Numbered from the stretch's first letter, positions 1 through 9,324 are shown. The stretch is DNA of 15,755 bases from Opitutales bacterium (GCA_049599475.1 JBMYOQ010000086.1:1-15755), one strand, 5' to 3'. The notes: generated by a model from the sequence alone, not told the origin. A program made the numbers and translations.

Positions 1-105
1 TTCGGCCGCCGGGGTCGTCGGCCGCTACCTTTGGTTTACGAATGTATTTTTGAGAATTAGTCTAAAGGCATGAGCACCAACTTTATATTTTGAATACCAA
101 GTTGC

Positions 106-699
106 TTAGCCCTCTGGAACACTCTCCTGCATAGCCTCTCGATAATGCTTCCTGCACAGGGCCACGTAGCGTTCGTTGCCTCCGATTTCTATCTGCGCTC
201 CATCGCGAATCGGCCTACCGTCGGAGTCTGTCCGAAGATTCATCGTAGCCTTACTTCCACAGTGGCAGATTGTCTTGAGTTCAATGAGATTGTCGGCCCA
301 TCCTAACAAGGCAGCACTGCCATCGAATAGCTTGCCTTGAAAGTCAGTGCGCAAGCCATAGCAGAGGACTGGGATATTGTCCTGGTCTGCGGCATCACAG
401 AGCTGTTCCACCTGCTCTCTGCTCAGGAATTGCGCCTCATCTATCAGTACGCAATGGATGGGCTTCGCCACATGGCGCTGACGTATTAAAGCACGTAAAT
501 CTGTAGCATTTTCGAACACGATAGCTTCCACAGAAAGTCCGATCCGGGAGGCGATATTGGCCGTGCCACTGCGCTTGTCGATCGCCGGAGTCAGGAGCAA
601 TGTATTCATTCCTCTCTCCTGATAATTGTAGCTAGACTGGAGCAAACTCGTGCTCTTACCAGCGTTCATCGCGGAGTAATAGAAATAAACTTGGGCCAT
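106..699 (-). CDS. tdk: Thymidine kinase
   Basis: 197-aa ORF with near full-length similarity to bacterial Tdk as I recall it (E. coli Tdk): [17 protein letters not shown]-loop, [17 protein letters not shown]-terminal Zn-ribbon CHCG...[14 protein letters not shown]. Confidence 0.93.
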   Translation of the reverse strand: MAQVYFYYSAMNAGKSTSLLQSSYNYQERGMNTLLLTPAIDKRSGTANIASRIGLSVEAIVFENATDLRALIRQRHVAKPIHCVLIDEAQFLSREQVEQLCDAADQDNIPVLCYGLRTDFQGKLFDGSAALLGWADNLIELKTICHCGSKATMNLRTDSDGRPIRDGAQIEIGGNERYVALCRKHYREAMQESVPEG

Positions 700-824
700 G
701 CCTAGGATAAAGAGACCTCAAGCGCGCTTTCGCGAGCGTTTTTCAGCAACCAACTATATTTAAGGTCAGGCCCAATCAAGGCGTTCGCACGGTTTCAGGC
801 GCACGTCATCCATTGGTCGAAAAA

Positions 825-2234
825 TTAGTTGGGAACCAAGCGCACGACCTTTCCGGGACCATTGAATATAATATAGATGTTCCCGTCTGGTCCCGATGCT
901 ACGTCTCTAATCCGCCCTTTACCTTGGAAAAGCAATTCACTATCAGCGACCTCACCGTTTTGAATGATCAAGCGATGAAACTCTTGACGCGCCAAACTCG
1001 TGACAAAGAGGTTATACTTCCAATTAGGGAAAACATCTCCCTCATAGAAATCGATTCCACAGACCGCAATTGATGGAGTCCAATGCAACTTCGGTTGTTC
1101 CATCCCTGGCGCGCTTGTTTTGTCGGAAATGGGTGTCCCATTGTAATTCACGCCAAAGGTAATTTCTGGCCAACCATAGTTCTTACCCTTTTCGATAAGG
1201 TTTATCTCGTCGCCACCCTTTGGCCCATGCTCGGACTCCCATATTTCTCCCGTCAGCGGATGCAAATCCATGCCCTGTGGATTGCGTATCCCAAAGGCCC
1301 AGATTGTAGGTAGGGCATCGCGGTCGTTAACGAAAGGGTTGTCACGAGGTATCCGACCATCGTCATTCAGACGATGAATCTTCCCATTGGGCTTAGAGAG
1401 GTCTTGCGCATCTTCGGGTTTACCTCGGTCGCCAATACCAAAATAGATGTATCCACCCTTAAATACAATGCGCACTCCCCAATGCAAACTCGAGTTGCGA
1501 TAGGTATCCGTAGGTGCCTCATAAATGATTTCCTGGCTAGTCCAGCGGTTACCATCCAGCTTGCCGCGAATGACTCGGGTCATACCATCCTTTTCGCCAC
1601 CCTTCTGATGAGAATATGCCAGATATATCCAGCCATTACTGGAATAATTGGGATGTAGGGCTACTTCCAACAAACCTCCCTGCCCTACACGAAAGACTTC
1701 AGGAAGGCCCTGGACTTCCCCGGTGATTTCATCATCTCGAAACATCAGTAACTTAGGATCATCGCCTCCACGTACCGTGATAAAGCCTGCTAACTCATCC
1801 GGTAAAAAGGCTATCGACCAGGGCAACCCCTCGACAGGGAACACCTCTTCCATCTCAAAGTCATGCTCGCCTGTTCCTACCTGCGCTTCAGCGGTTGCCT
1901 CTACCTCCGCTGGCTGTGGCCCTTTTTTCCGGGACGCTGCTATGTAATGGGCAATACTCAAAATCTCCTCATCGTTGAGCGCCGCACCAAAGGGAGGCAT
2001 ACCCAATTCAAGGTTTCCCTCCTTAACAAACGCCAAAAAGCCCTTCGTTTTACCAACTTGTTTGAACTCTGCTTGTGTGAGCGAGCCCCCAAGTCCACCT
2101 TCATGATTCACGCCGTGACACGAGGAACACCACTGAGTGTAAAGTGCGCGCCCAGGATCCCCATTAACTACGATCGTACAGAGGGCATTAGAAAGCGCTA
2201 GAAGCAGACAAGAGATTCGGGGGTATCTATTCAT
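825..2234 (-). CDS. Secreted c-type cytochrome fused to PQQ-dependent sugar (glucose/sorbosone) dehydrogenase, beta-propeller
   Basis: 469 aa. N-terminal signal peptide (MNRYPRISCLLLALSNALC). Single CxxCH haem-binding motif (CSSCHG). Remainder matches soluble GSDH/YliI-type propeller signatures (GLPWSIAFLPD..., GGLLEVALHPNYSSNGWIYLAYS, NYGWPEITFG). Confidence 0.8.
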   Translation of the reverse strand: MNRYPRISCLLLALSNALCTIVVNGDPGRALYTQWCSSCHGVNHEGGLGGSLTQAEFKQVGKTKGFLAFVKEGNLELGMPPFGAALNDEEILSIAHYIAASRKKGPQPAEVEATAEAQVGTGEHDFEMEEVFPVEGLPWSIAFLPDELAGFITVRGGDDPKLLMFRDDEITGEVQGLPEVFRVGQGGLLEVALHPNYSSNGWIYLAYSHQKGGEKDGMTRVIRGKLDGNRWTSQEIIYEAPTDTYRNSSLHWGVRIVFKGGYIYFGIGDRGKPEDAQDLSKPNGKIHRLNDDGRIPRDNPFVNDRDALPTIWAFGIRNPQGMDLHPLTGEIWESEHGPKGGDEINLIEKGKNYGWPEITFGVNYNGTPISDKTSAPGMEQPKLHWTPSIAVCGIDFYEGDVFPNWKYNLFVTSLARQEFHRLIIQNGEVADSELLFQGKGRIRDVASGPDGNIYIIFNGPGKVVRLVPN

Positions 2235-2491
2235 TCAATCGCAGACTAACCCCATGGAATCGCAACCGTCACATCATTACGTTTTTAGCAACAAATACTA
2301 CAATTCAAACGACACGCGGAATGTGCCCATTCCTGAATCCACGTCCTTAAGGTAGGTCGATTCTTCATTCTTCAGCGGTTCAAATTCAACGCTTTCAGAT
2401 CTAGCTGAGCCGCCATTCTTCGAGCATACTGTCTGATTCACTGCAAGGAAGCAATCAGGTGGGGATTGATTTTCCATAATCAGTAAGCCCG

Positions 2492-4168
2492 ATGCGAATA
2501 CACTGTTTAGTCATCACTTTTCTATTCTCTACAATATATGCATTCTCAGATTTTCAGATGTATCTTAACCAGTTAGGCTACTATCCGCAGTCTACTAAGA
2601 TTGCGCTCATTCCGAAGACCGAGATTACAGAATTTACCATTTTAAATGAGGATGAGATCGCAGTATATTCAGGAAAATTATCGCTTGCGCAATTCTGGGA
2701 TGATGCGGGAGACCACTACAGCTTAGCTGATTTCTCCAAGTTGACAACGGAGGGCTCCTACCGGCTAAAAGTCGGACGAGAGGTAACACCGCCATTCACG
2801 ATCAACAGAGGTGCCTACTCCGATGTCGCTTTAGCCACCGTAAAAGCACTCTACTTTCAGCGCGCGTCCACCTTACTTGATCCTGAACACGCAGGAAAAT
2901 GGGCCCGCGCTTTTGGGCACCCAGACGACGCTTGCGTCTACCATCCTTCGACAGGAAAAAACGAGGGCACACGATCATCCCCAGGCGGATGGTATGATGC
3001 AGGAGATTACGGAAAATATACCATTCCCCTCGCCTACACCACCTATCGGCTCCTATCGCTTTATGAGCGGTACCCATTCGTCTTTTCCGATGGGACTTTA
3101 AACATACCCGAGTCTGGAAATGGTCGGAATGATTTGCTCGACGAGATGCGGGTCGGGCTCGACTGGTTACACACGATGCAGGATACCGATGGGGCCGCAT
3201 TTCACAAGCTGACCTCTTTGACCTTCGAACCTAAGGACGTGATGCCCCATCAAGCGCGGAAACAGCGGTGGATTATTGGGAAGTCAACTAAGGCTACCCT
3301 AGACTACGCAGCCGCCCTGGCACAAGCTGCCCGTGTCTATCGTGAGATTGATTCTGCCTTTTCCAAAGCGTGTATTCAGCGCGCAGAGCGAGCCTGGGCC
3401 TGGGCAAAGAAGAACCCTCGAGTGCATTACAAAAACCCGGAAGATGTAAGGACTGGAGAATACGGCGGAAGGGCCGGTGCCGACGAGTTTTTCTGGGCAG
3501 CCGTTGAGCTCTTAATCACCACACAGAAGCCAGAATATAGAGAGACCGTCAAAGCTTATGATTCCAAGCTCAACGTGGGTGATGCGGCCGGTTGGAACAA
3601 TGTAAAAATGCATGGCGTCTTTTCTCTTTTACAACATCCGGATGCACTGGATACCGAAGACTGGGAAGAGCTCAAAGATGATTTCCTAAACTATGCCAGG
3701 GAAATCGCACTGCAAATTGATCATAGCCCCGGACGCATCGTATCCTCTCGCTTCGGATGGGGTTCCAATGGCTACAAAGCTTACCGAGGCGTAGCACTTA
3801 TGGAAGCATTTAGGTTATCAGGAAAATCTCAATACATCACCGCGGCCGGAGAGATCGCTGATTACCTACTGGGCAAAAATCCACTCGGCTATTCATTCAT
3901 AAGCGGATTTGGCAGTAATCCGGTAAAGAACATACACCACAGGTTATCCATAGCAGACGGCGTTGAAGACCTCATCCCGGGGCTCGTTTCAGGCGGACCC
4001 AACAAAGGGCAGCAAGACAGAGATGGTGTGGATTATCCAAATTCATTTCCCGCAAAGTCGTTTGTAGACGACACAAATAGCTACGCATCCAACGAAGTTA
4101 CGACCTACTGGAACGCCGAAGCAGCCTATCTCCTTACGGCATTGGAAATAGAACACAGACATCTCTAA
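2492..4168 (+). CDS. Glycoside hydrolase family 9 endoglucanase with N-terminal Ig-like (CelD_N) domain
   Basis: 558 aa with a signal peptide. GH9 catalytic motifs GGWYDAGDYGKY (DAGD), NIHHRLS (HHR) and C-terminal SNEVTTYWNAEAAY (catalytic Glu region). The first ~90 aa are typical of the Cel9 Ig-like fold. Confidence 0.85.
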   Translation: MRIHCLVITFLFSTIYAFSDFQMYLNQLGYYPQSTKIALIPKTEITEFTILNEDEIAVYSGKLSLAQFWDDAGDHYSLADFSKLTTEGSYRLKVGREVTPPFTINRGAYSDVALATVKALYFQRASTLLDPEHAGKWARAFGHPDDACVYHPSTGKNEGTRSSPGGWYDAGDYGKYTIPLAYTTYRLLSLYERYPFVFSDGTLNIPESGNGRNDLLDEMRVGLDWLHTMQDTDGAAFHKLTSLTFEPKDVMPHQARKQRWIIGKSTKATLDYAAALAQAARVYREIDSAFSKACIQRAERAWAWAKKNPRVHYKNPEDVRTGEYGGRAGADEFFWAAVELLITTQKPEYRETVKAYDSKLNVGDAAGWNNVKMHGVFSLLQHPDALDTEDWEELKDDFLNYAREIALQIDHSPGRIVSSRFGWGSNGYKAYRGVALMEAFRLSGKSQYITAAGEIADYLLGKNPLGYSFISGFGSNPVKNIHHRLSIADGVEDLIPGLVSGGPNKGQQDRDGVDYPNSFPAKSFVDDTNSYASNEVTTYWNAEAAYLLTALEIEHRHL

Positions 4169-4202
4169 GCATCCCCCCACCGAACTCTCCACACTCTCGA
4201 TC

Positions 4203-5672
4203 TTGAAAATCTCACTCATCCAACAAAAAGAAGCTGATATTCGCTTGTTCATGTCCGACGGCAGCGAACGTTCAGACTACCTACCTCAAGCGAAAGCTCT
4301 CGACGTGCTCGGCAGCCCACATGCGGGGATTAACTTAATGGCGTGCTACTACCCGAAGCAGGAATTCTGGCCCGAGCGCCGACTGTTCAGCGATGACGTG
4401 CCTCACTACCGGCATGCACCCAAGGATGAAACCGCTTTCACTAAAATGGAATGCCTGAATGAATGGACAGACGGCTACTACAACTTGGATATCAAGGATC
4501 CAAACTGTGCCGTAATCCAGCAAATGGAAGATGTTCGCCGATACGGCCAGGACGTCCGTCTCACGCTCACTGCAGACATGGACACATCTGATGACGATCT
4601 TCGGGCAATCGCTGAGATTCTCAAACCATTCGGAAAGGTCGAACTGCGCCTCAACCATGAAGCAAATGGCAACAACTGGTTTCGCTTCGCGCAAAACGTC
4701 GGCGCATTACAGGGCCAGAAGCAGATAGAGAAGTACTACGCGATCAGCCAATTCTTCCTGCGGGCCAATACCGTTATCCGAGATGTGGCTCCGGAAGTTG
4801 TATTGGTCGGCTGTTACAATGGTCCGGGCGAGCGCACTACCATGGGCGAACTCGCCCCCGGTGAGCTCCCTCATCTCACCTTGGAAGAATTGGGTCTGAT
4901 GTATCAACACCCAGATACGATGGTCTCTCTCGATCAATATGGATCGCTCCACTACGGATGGCCCGGTCACACCATCGGCACCGTCCCCGTTATCGATGGA
5001 GTCAACCATCAAGAACATCAGAGCTTTTCCCTCACCAGCCTCGAACTGTGTGAAACAGTAATCCGCCCTTTCCACACCTTTATCGAAGAGCTGCGCGGGA
5101 AACCAACGCGCATTGACCTCGGAGAATTGGACTTCGACGAAGATATCCACGGTCCAGAGATTCGCGCTCACCTTCTCTACGAGTGCTACAACTGGGTACG
5201 TAAACACCCAGAAATCGTCGGGAGTGTAACCTTCTACGAACTCACCGACATGGGGGGCCTCGGGCTATTTCGCCAGAAGGCCTACGGAAATCTCGACGAG
5301 CTCTCCTCAAACATCGTCACAGACTTCTATAAACGGGTCCTAAAATGGGAAGAATTCGAGCCAAAGGTTGAGACCATAAGGGCCCTTTCCCAGAATGCGG
5401 AAAACATAGAACTGGAGTGGATATCATCTTCAGACGCCACTGGTTTAGAGATCGAATTGGATCCAGAGCAGGCTAAAATCGACTTCCTTGAGTCCACCTG
5501 GAAGCGTATCATATTCATAGATAAATCTGGCACACACTCGTATTTACACACCTCCGCGGAAAAGGTAAACATTCCGCGGGATACGCAATCCGTCCGTATT
5601 TTCGCCCTCCCTGAAGACGGACGAAACAACACCTGCCATTCCTATACCCGGACAATTCCAGTCCCACGTTGA
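4203..5672 (+). CDS. Hypothetical protein, possible clan GH-A (GH26-like) TIM-barrel glycosidase. No signal peptide.
   Basis: 489-aa ORF. VELRLNHEANGNNWF resembles the GH26/GH-A acid-base HE(M/A)NG-W motif. Start uncertain: TTG at 4203 versus ATG at 4251 (MSDGSER...). Sits immediately downstream of the GH9 gene on the same strand. Confidence 0.5.
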   Translation: MKISLIQQKEADIRLFMSDGSERSDYLPQAKALDVLGSPHAGINLMACYYPKQEFWPERRLFSDDVPHYRHAPKDETAFTKMECLNEWTDGYYNLDIKDPNCAVIQQMEDVRRYGQDVRLTLTADMDTSDDDLRAIAEILKPFGKVELRLNHEANGNNWFRFAQNVGALQGQKQIEKYYAISQFFLRANTVIRDVAPEVVLVGCYNGPGERTTMGELAPGELPHLTLEELGLMYQHPDTMVSLDQYGSLHYGWPGHTIGTVPVIDGVNHQEHQSFSLTSLELCETVIRPFHTFIEELRGKPTRIDLGELDFDEDIHGPEIRAHLLYECYNWVRKHPEIVGSVTFYELTDMGGLGLFRQKAYGNLDELSSNIVTDFYKRVLKWEEFEPKVETIRALSQNAENIELEWISSSDATGLEIELDPEQAKIDFLESTWKRIIFIDKSGTHSYLHTSAEKVNIPRDTQSVRIFALPEDGRNNTCHSYTRTIPVPR

Positions 5673-5824
5673 ATCTAGAGCGCCCTCCTCCCAATTGGCC
5701 GCTCTGGTATTGTGTTGCAAATCAAGACCATCTCGGACGAGTCTTATTGGTTTTTGAGCACACTGCGGACTTCCCCTGCAAGCTATGACATACCGTAGGT
5801 TGAAGGATACGCAGGTGAGGACAC

Positions 5825-6916
5825 ATGCCAACAACCGCTTCCAGTTCAGCCAAGCAAGTTACTCATCGCCGATCAGCTCTGCGTAGATTGGTGATCGTGG
5901 TCCTTCTGATTCTGCTTCCGATGAGCGCTATGGCGGCCTTACTCGTCGGCCCGATGGAGATGAAGCTGGTCGACGTGCTCAAAATACTCGCCAACGGCAT
6001 TCTGGGTAGCGAAGCGGATTCTCCCGGCGGAGCACACATAGTCATCTGGGAGATCCGACTCCCGCGAGTCCTGCTCTCGGTGTTAATCGGGTGCGGCCTT
6101 GCCGTCGCAGGAGCCTCCATGCAAGGCGTGTTTCGCAACCCATTGGCAGACCCCGGTATAATCGGCGTCTCAGGAGGCGGCGCAATGGGCGCCATCGCAA
6201 TGATCGTTCTGGGTAATCGCATTTTCCCTCAAGTCTTCTTCGACAACTACGGGATCTACATCGTCCCCGCAGCAGCGATGCTCGGCGCAATAGCCATCAC
6301 CTTTCTGATCTACAGGTTATCGCTGCAAAACGGGAGCGTGAATCTTATCGCGATGCTCTTAATAGGGATCGCCATTAATGCTCTAGGAGGTTCCTTCATA
6401 GGTTTTTTGACCTTCATCTCGAACGACGAGGAACTACGCACACTCACCTTCTGGAATCTCGGCTCTCTGGGTCGGGCCACCTGGAGTCTGATTATTCCGG
6501 CATTCGTTTTTATGGTGTTACCCTTGTTTCTAATTCCCCACTACGCCACAGCTTTAAACGCCCTTCTGCTGGGTGAATCCGAGGCACGGTATCTAGGGTT
6601 GAATACCGCTCGCGTAAAACGCAATATCATCATCCTTTCGGCATCGTTAGTCGGCGTCTCAGTGGCTCTCTGCGGCGGAATCGGCTTCATTGCCCTCGTG
6701 GCCCCGCACATGGTGCGCTCCATGTGCGGCCCAGATCATCGCATCCTGATTCCGGCGAGTGGATTGCTCGGAGCAATCATCCTCACCTTGGGCGATATTG
6801 GCGCACGCACCCTCGCTGCGCCGGCGGAGCTACCGATCGGCATTCTTACAGCATTAATCGGAGCACCGGTATTCCTTTACATTCTTATTCAGTGGAAGCG
6901 TTCCTCCGCTCATTAA
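5825..6916 (+). CDS. hmuU: FecCD-family iron-chelate/haem ABC transporter permease (HmuU-like)
   Basis: 363 aa, polytopic membrane protein. Typical BtuC/FecCD motifs: RLPRVLLSVLIGCGLAVAGASMQGVFRNPLADPGIIGVSGG, ARYLGLN, LIGAPVFLYIL. Confidence 0.85.
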   Translation: MPTTASSSAKQVTHRRSALRRLVIVVLLILLPMSAMAALLVGPMEMKLVDVLKILANGILGSEADSPGGAHIVIWEIRLPRVLLSVLIGCGLAVAGASMQGVFRNPLADPGIIGVSGGGAMGAIAMIVLGNRIFPQVFFDNYGIYIVPAAAMLGAIAITFLIYRLSLQNGSVNLIAMLLIGIAINALGGSFIGFLTFISNDEELRTLTFWNLGSLGRATWSLIIPAFVFMVLPLFLIPHYATALNALLLGESEARYLGLNTARVKRNIIILSASLVGVSVALCGGIGFIALVAPHMVRSMCGPDHRILIPASGLLGAIILTLGDIGARTLAAPAELPIGILTALIGAPVFLYILIQWKRSSAH

Positions 6917-6928
6917 TCGAGCTCTTTA

Positions 6929-7771
6929 ATGATTCACGCTAAAAACATTTCAGTCGTCCGAACGGGCAAACATCTTGTTGATCAAGCCAGCTTGGAAACT
7001 CGGCCGGGAGAATTGAGCGTGATCGTCGGGCCCAACGGTGCTGGCAAATCTACACTTCTCAAAGTCCTCACCGGAGATCTCCAAGCTGACTCGGGATCAG
7101 TCCAGTATGATGGGACGCAGCTCGAAACGATAGCCCCCGAAGACCTAGCCAGACGCCGAGCAGTGCTTGCACAGAGTACCTCTTTAACCTTCGATTTCAC
7201 CGTAAGTGAGGTAGTCATGCTCGGAAGGATCCCGCACTTAAACGGTTGGGAAAGCCCAGACGATCGTAGAGCAGCACGAGACGCAATCGAGGCGGTCGAG
7301 ATGGAAGATTTCATAAACCAACCCTACACGACCTTAAGCGGCGGCGAAGCTCAACGCGTCCATCTCGCCAGGGTGCTCGCTCAACTCGATTTTAATCAGC
7401 CGAAGAAAAATGCCGAAATCGCTCCGTGGCTCTTCCTCGACGAACCCACGTCCGCGCTCGACCTTCGCCACCAACACACGACCTTAGGCTTGGTAAAGGA
7501 GCTCACCCGTAAACACGGATTTGGCGCCGTCGCTGTGCTTCACGACCTCAGCCTCACCATGCATTACGCAGACCACGTAGTCATGATGTCCGGAGGAAAA
7601 ATTGCGGCAGAGGGTTCCCCCGAGGACACACTCACCCCCCAGCTGATAGCCGATGTCTATGGAGTGAAAGTAGAGACATATCACGTATCCGCAGATTCGC
7701 GTCCCTTTATCCATATCGTCGAAGCCAATTCCGAATCAGGCAACCCATTCACCGAAAAACCAAATGAGTAA
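6929..7771 (+). CDS. hmuV: Haemin/iron-chelate ABC transporter ATP-binding protein (HmuV-like)
   Basis: Walker A GPNGAGKST, signature LSGGEAQRVHLARVLAQ, Walker B PWLFLDEPTSALD, H-loop LHDL. Strong resemblance to HmuV as I recall it. 12 bp downstream of the permease. Confidence 0.88.
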   Translation: MIHAKNISVVRTGKHLVDQASLETRPGELSVIVGPNGAGKSTLLKVLTGDLQADSGSVQYDGTQLETIAPEDLARRRAVLAQSTSLTFDFTVSEVVMLGRIPHLNGWESPDDRRAARDAIEAVEMEDFINQPYTTLSGGEAQRVHLARVLAQLDFNQPKKNAEIAPWLFLDEPTSALDLRHQHTTLGLVKELTRKHGFGAVAVLHDLSLTMHYADHVVMMSGGKIAAEGSPEDTLTPQLIADVYGVKVETYHVSADSRPFIHIVEANSESGNPFTEKPNE

Positions 7772-8321
7772 CGACTCTTCCGATACGAACGAACCCTCGC
7801 CCCCCGATACCGACCCCACTGTCCAATCAGGACTCGCGGAACTCTTTGAGACCACAAAGACCGCAAACCTAGGCAGCGTCAGTGCACAGGGAATCCCATC
7901 TGCGAGCTACGCCCCCTACATTATGGATGAGGCGGGGAACTTTTACATCTATATCAGCGCGCTGGCAAAGCACACCGCCAACATCAAACGCTCTCTCAAG
8001 ACTAGTTTCATGCTCATCGAAGATGAAGCGCAAGCGAGCAGCTTATTCGCACGTAAGCGAGTGACATGGGATTGTGAAGTCGAGCCTATTGAACGGGATG
8101 GTGAGGAGTTTAATGTACGCATCTCCGATTTCGAAGAGACTTTCGGCGACATCATGAATACCCTCGCAAATATGACAGACTTCAGTCTTTTCCGGTTAAA
8201 GCCTTGCAATGGCGTGCTCGTCCTGGGCTTTGGCCAAGCCTTTCGTTTATCGGGACACGAGATTAATCAGCACCTTCAGGGACGCCACAGCAGCGGTCAC
8301 AAGATAAAGAAATCGAGCTGA
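7764..8321 (+). CDS. HutZ/HugZ-like haem-utilisation split-barrel (PNPOx-like) protein
   Basis: 185 aa. Its start overlaps the hmuV stop by 8 nt (translational coupling). Pyridoxamine-5'-phosphate-oxidase-like split-barrel signature (SVSAQGIPSASYAPYIMDEAGNFYIYIS...) in a haem ABC importer context. Confidence 0.6.
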   Translation: MSNDSSDTNEPSPPDTDPTVQSGLAELFETTKTANLGSVSAQGIPSASYAPYIMDEAGNFYIYISALAKHTANIKRSLKTSFMLIEDEAQASSLFARKRVTWDCEVEPIERDGEEFNVRISDFEETFGDIMNTLANMTDFSLFRLKPCNGVLVLGFGQAFRLSGHEINQHLQGRHSSGHKIKKSS

Positions 8322-8324
8322 TGC

Positions 8325-8356
8325 ATTATAATATCAACGTAAAATGATATTATAAT
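8325..8356. promoter_or_regulatory. Perfect 12-bp AT-rich inverted repeat (attataatatca-N8-tgatattataat). Each arm holds a consensus TATAAT. Loose Fur-box resemblance.
   Basis: Seen directly. The palindrome lies 4 bp after the hutZ-like stop. aatgatattataatat matches about 13/16 of the Fur-box half aatgataatcattatc. Two TATAAT hexamers at 8327-8332 and 8351-8356. Confidence 0.35.
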
Positions 8357-8466
8357 ATTTGTATGCTCGGAATTATCACTTGACCCTTCACAGCCTTTAA
8401 TAGATTCCACATCTGAACCTTTTTCAAAATGCTTCACTTAAAACAGAATAGAGGAACGCAAATAGA

Positions 8467-8565
8467 ATGCCGTCGGAGTCAATATCCGAGGGATATCTTT
8501 GCATCCACATGTCTGGTACTCAAAGTGTCGAGCAATCATTTTCCCCGCGAGTTGGGATAAAATAA
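8467..8565 (+). CDS. Possible 32-aa small ORF (MPSESISEGYLCIHMSGTQSVEQSFSPRVGIK) inside the candidate sRNA/leader transcript
   Basis: ATG preceded by GAGGA 11 nt upstream. Ends 25 nt before the terminator at 8593. No homology known to me. Confidence 0.15.
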   Translation: MPSESISEGYLCIHMSGTQSVEQSFSPRVGIK

Positions 8566-8592
8566 TTGGAAATTAAGTACACTTCATATTTG

Positions 8593-8627
8593 AGCCCGGA
8601 CTGTAAAATACATCCGGGCTTTTTTGT
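8593..8627 (+). terminator. Rho-independent terminator (agcccgga-N12-tccgggct + T7)
   Basis: GC-rich 8-bp stem followed by TTTTTTG. Lies about 270 nt downstream of the hutZ-like stop, so it delimits a non-coding or small-ORF transcript. Confidence 0.7.
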
Positions 8628-8980
8628 GCTCATTTATAGAACATTGGCATTTCAACACTGAAATCCTGCGTTTATGCGGAGCTTAAAAACATCTAAAAAA
8701 CATTCATAAACACTTAACTTGCAACAATTTGTGAATTTTAAATATTGACTTCAACATTTTCCTACCCAGCATCATTCGTATCAACAAAAACAGACAATGC
8801 AGTTAGGCACACAGCAGATACAAATAGAAAACAACCAAGGGCACAGCGATCCCCTGAGCAGAGCCTCATATGGAACGCGGCCTCATGGATATGGGCTTAG
8901 AATCAGCACTTGTTTCAAATGCACCGACGCAATCGTCAATATCGACTGAATCAGACGATGAAACAAAAACGCTTTTTTCT

Positions 8981-9015
8981 AGCCCGGGCAGCCAATCATG
9001 CGCCTGGGCTTTTTA
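8981..9015 (+). terminator. Terminator-like hairpin (agcccgggc-N12-gcctgggct + TTTTT), preceded by an A-tract and so possibly bidirectional
   Basis: 9-bp stem with one G-U pair and a downstream T-run. aaaaacgctttttt lies just upstream. Confidence 0.5.
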
Positions 9016-9324
9016 GTTTCTACCGCAGCCAGTTTATCGGTAATCCCTTCCACCAGAAGCGAAGGGTCAAACGTCACGTAATCGGCGTCCAAACCATGAA
9101 TACACATTCATGAGAGGGGCGAAACAGCTCCTTGGTAGAAACAAAGCATTTGTATCGCTGATTCAGAATTTGTATTCAAAGACATATAGGTCCGATTTCG
9201 GAGTGTTTGCATATCCCAAGCACTTGAAATAGGAAACGTAATAAACTTTCGGTCGGCAGTGCGAGCGCCTCTGGCTTCCAGTCAGGCTATCGTATTCTGT
9301 TCGGCATTCTAAACGAAAAACCAC

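Noticed and set aside
700-824. GC hairpin cgcg-cttt-cgcg followed by TTTTT between tdk and the PQQ dehydrogenase gene
   Set aside because: Both flanking genes are on the minus strand and the T-run is on the plus strand, so it is wrongly oriented to terminate either gene. The stem is only 4 bp. At most it is a weak structural element.
813-2201. Plus-strand ORFs (813-1073, 1083-1313, 1374-1658, 1648-1947, 1863-2201) and the minus-strand ORF 1367-1555, all overlapping the PQQ dehydrogenase gene
   Set aside because: They lie entirely inside a well-supported 469-aa gene, antisense or out of frame (1367-1555 is same-strand, different frame). They have no recognisable motifs and are typical shadow ORFs.
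4043-5834. Minus-strand ORFs overlapping the 489-aa gene (4043-4252, 4335-4694, 4707-5207, 5327-5632, 5544-5834)
   Set aside because: They are antisense to a long ORF that has a family-like motif. They lack motifs of their own. 5544-5834 would also run into the hmuU promoter region.
5863-6290. Arginine-rich minus-strand ORFs (5863-6222, 6042-6290) inside hmuU
   Set aside because: These are antisense shadow ORFs of a GC-rich membrane-protein gene. The Arg/Pro-rich low-complexity translation is characteristic of the wrong frame.
8910-9113. 67-aa plus-strand ORF in the AT-rich spacer
   Set aside because: It reads straight through the terminator-like hairpin at 8981-9015. It has no RBS and random-looking composition, so it is probably non-coding.
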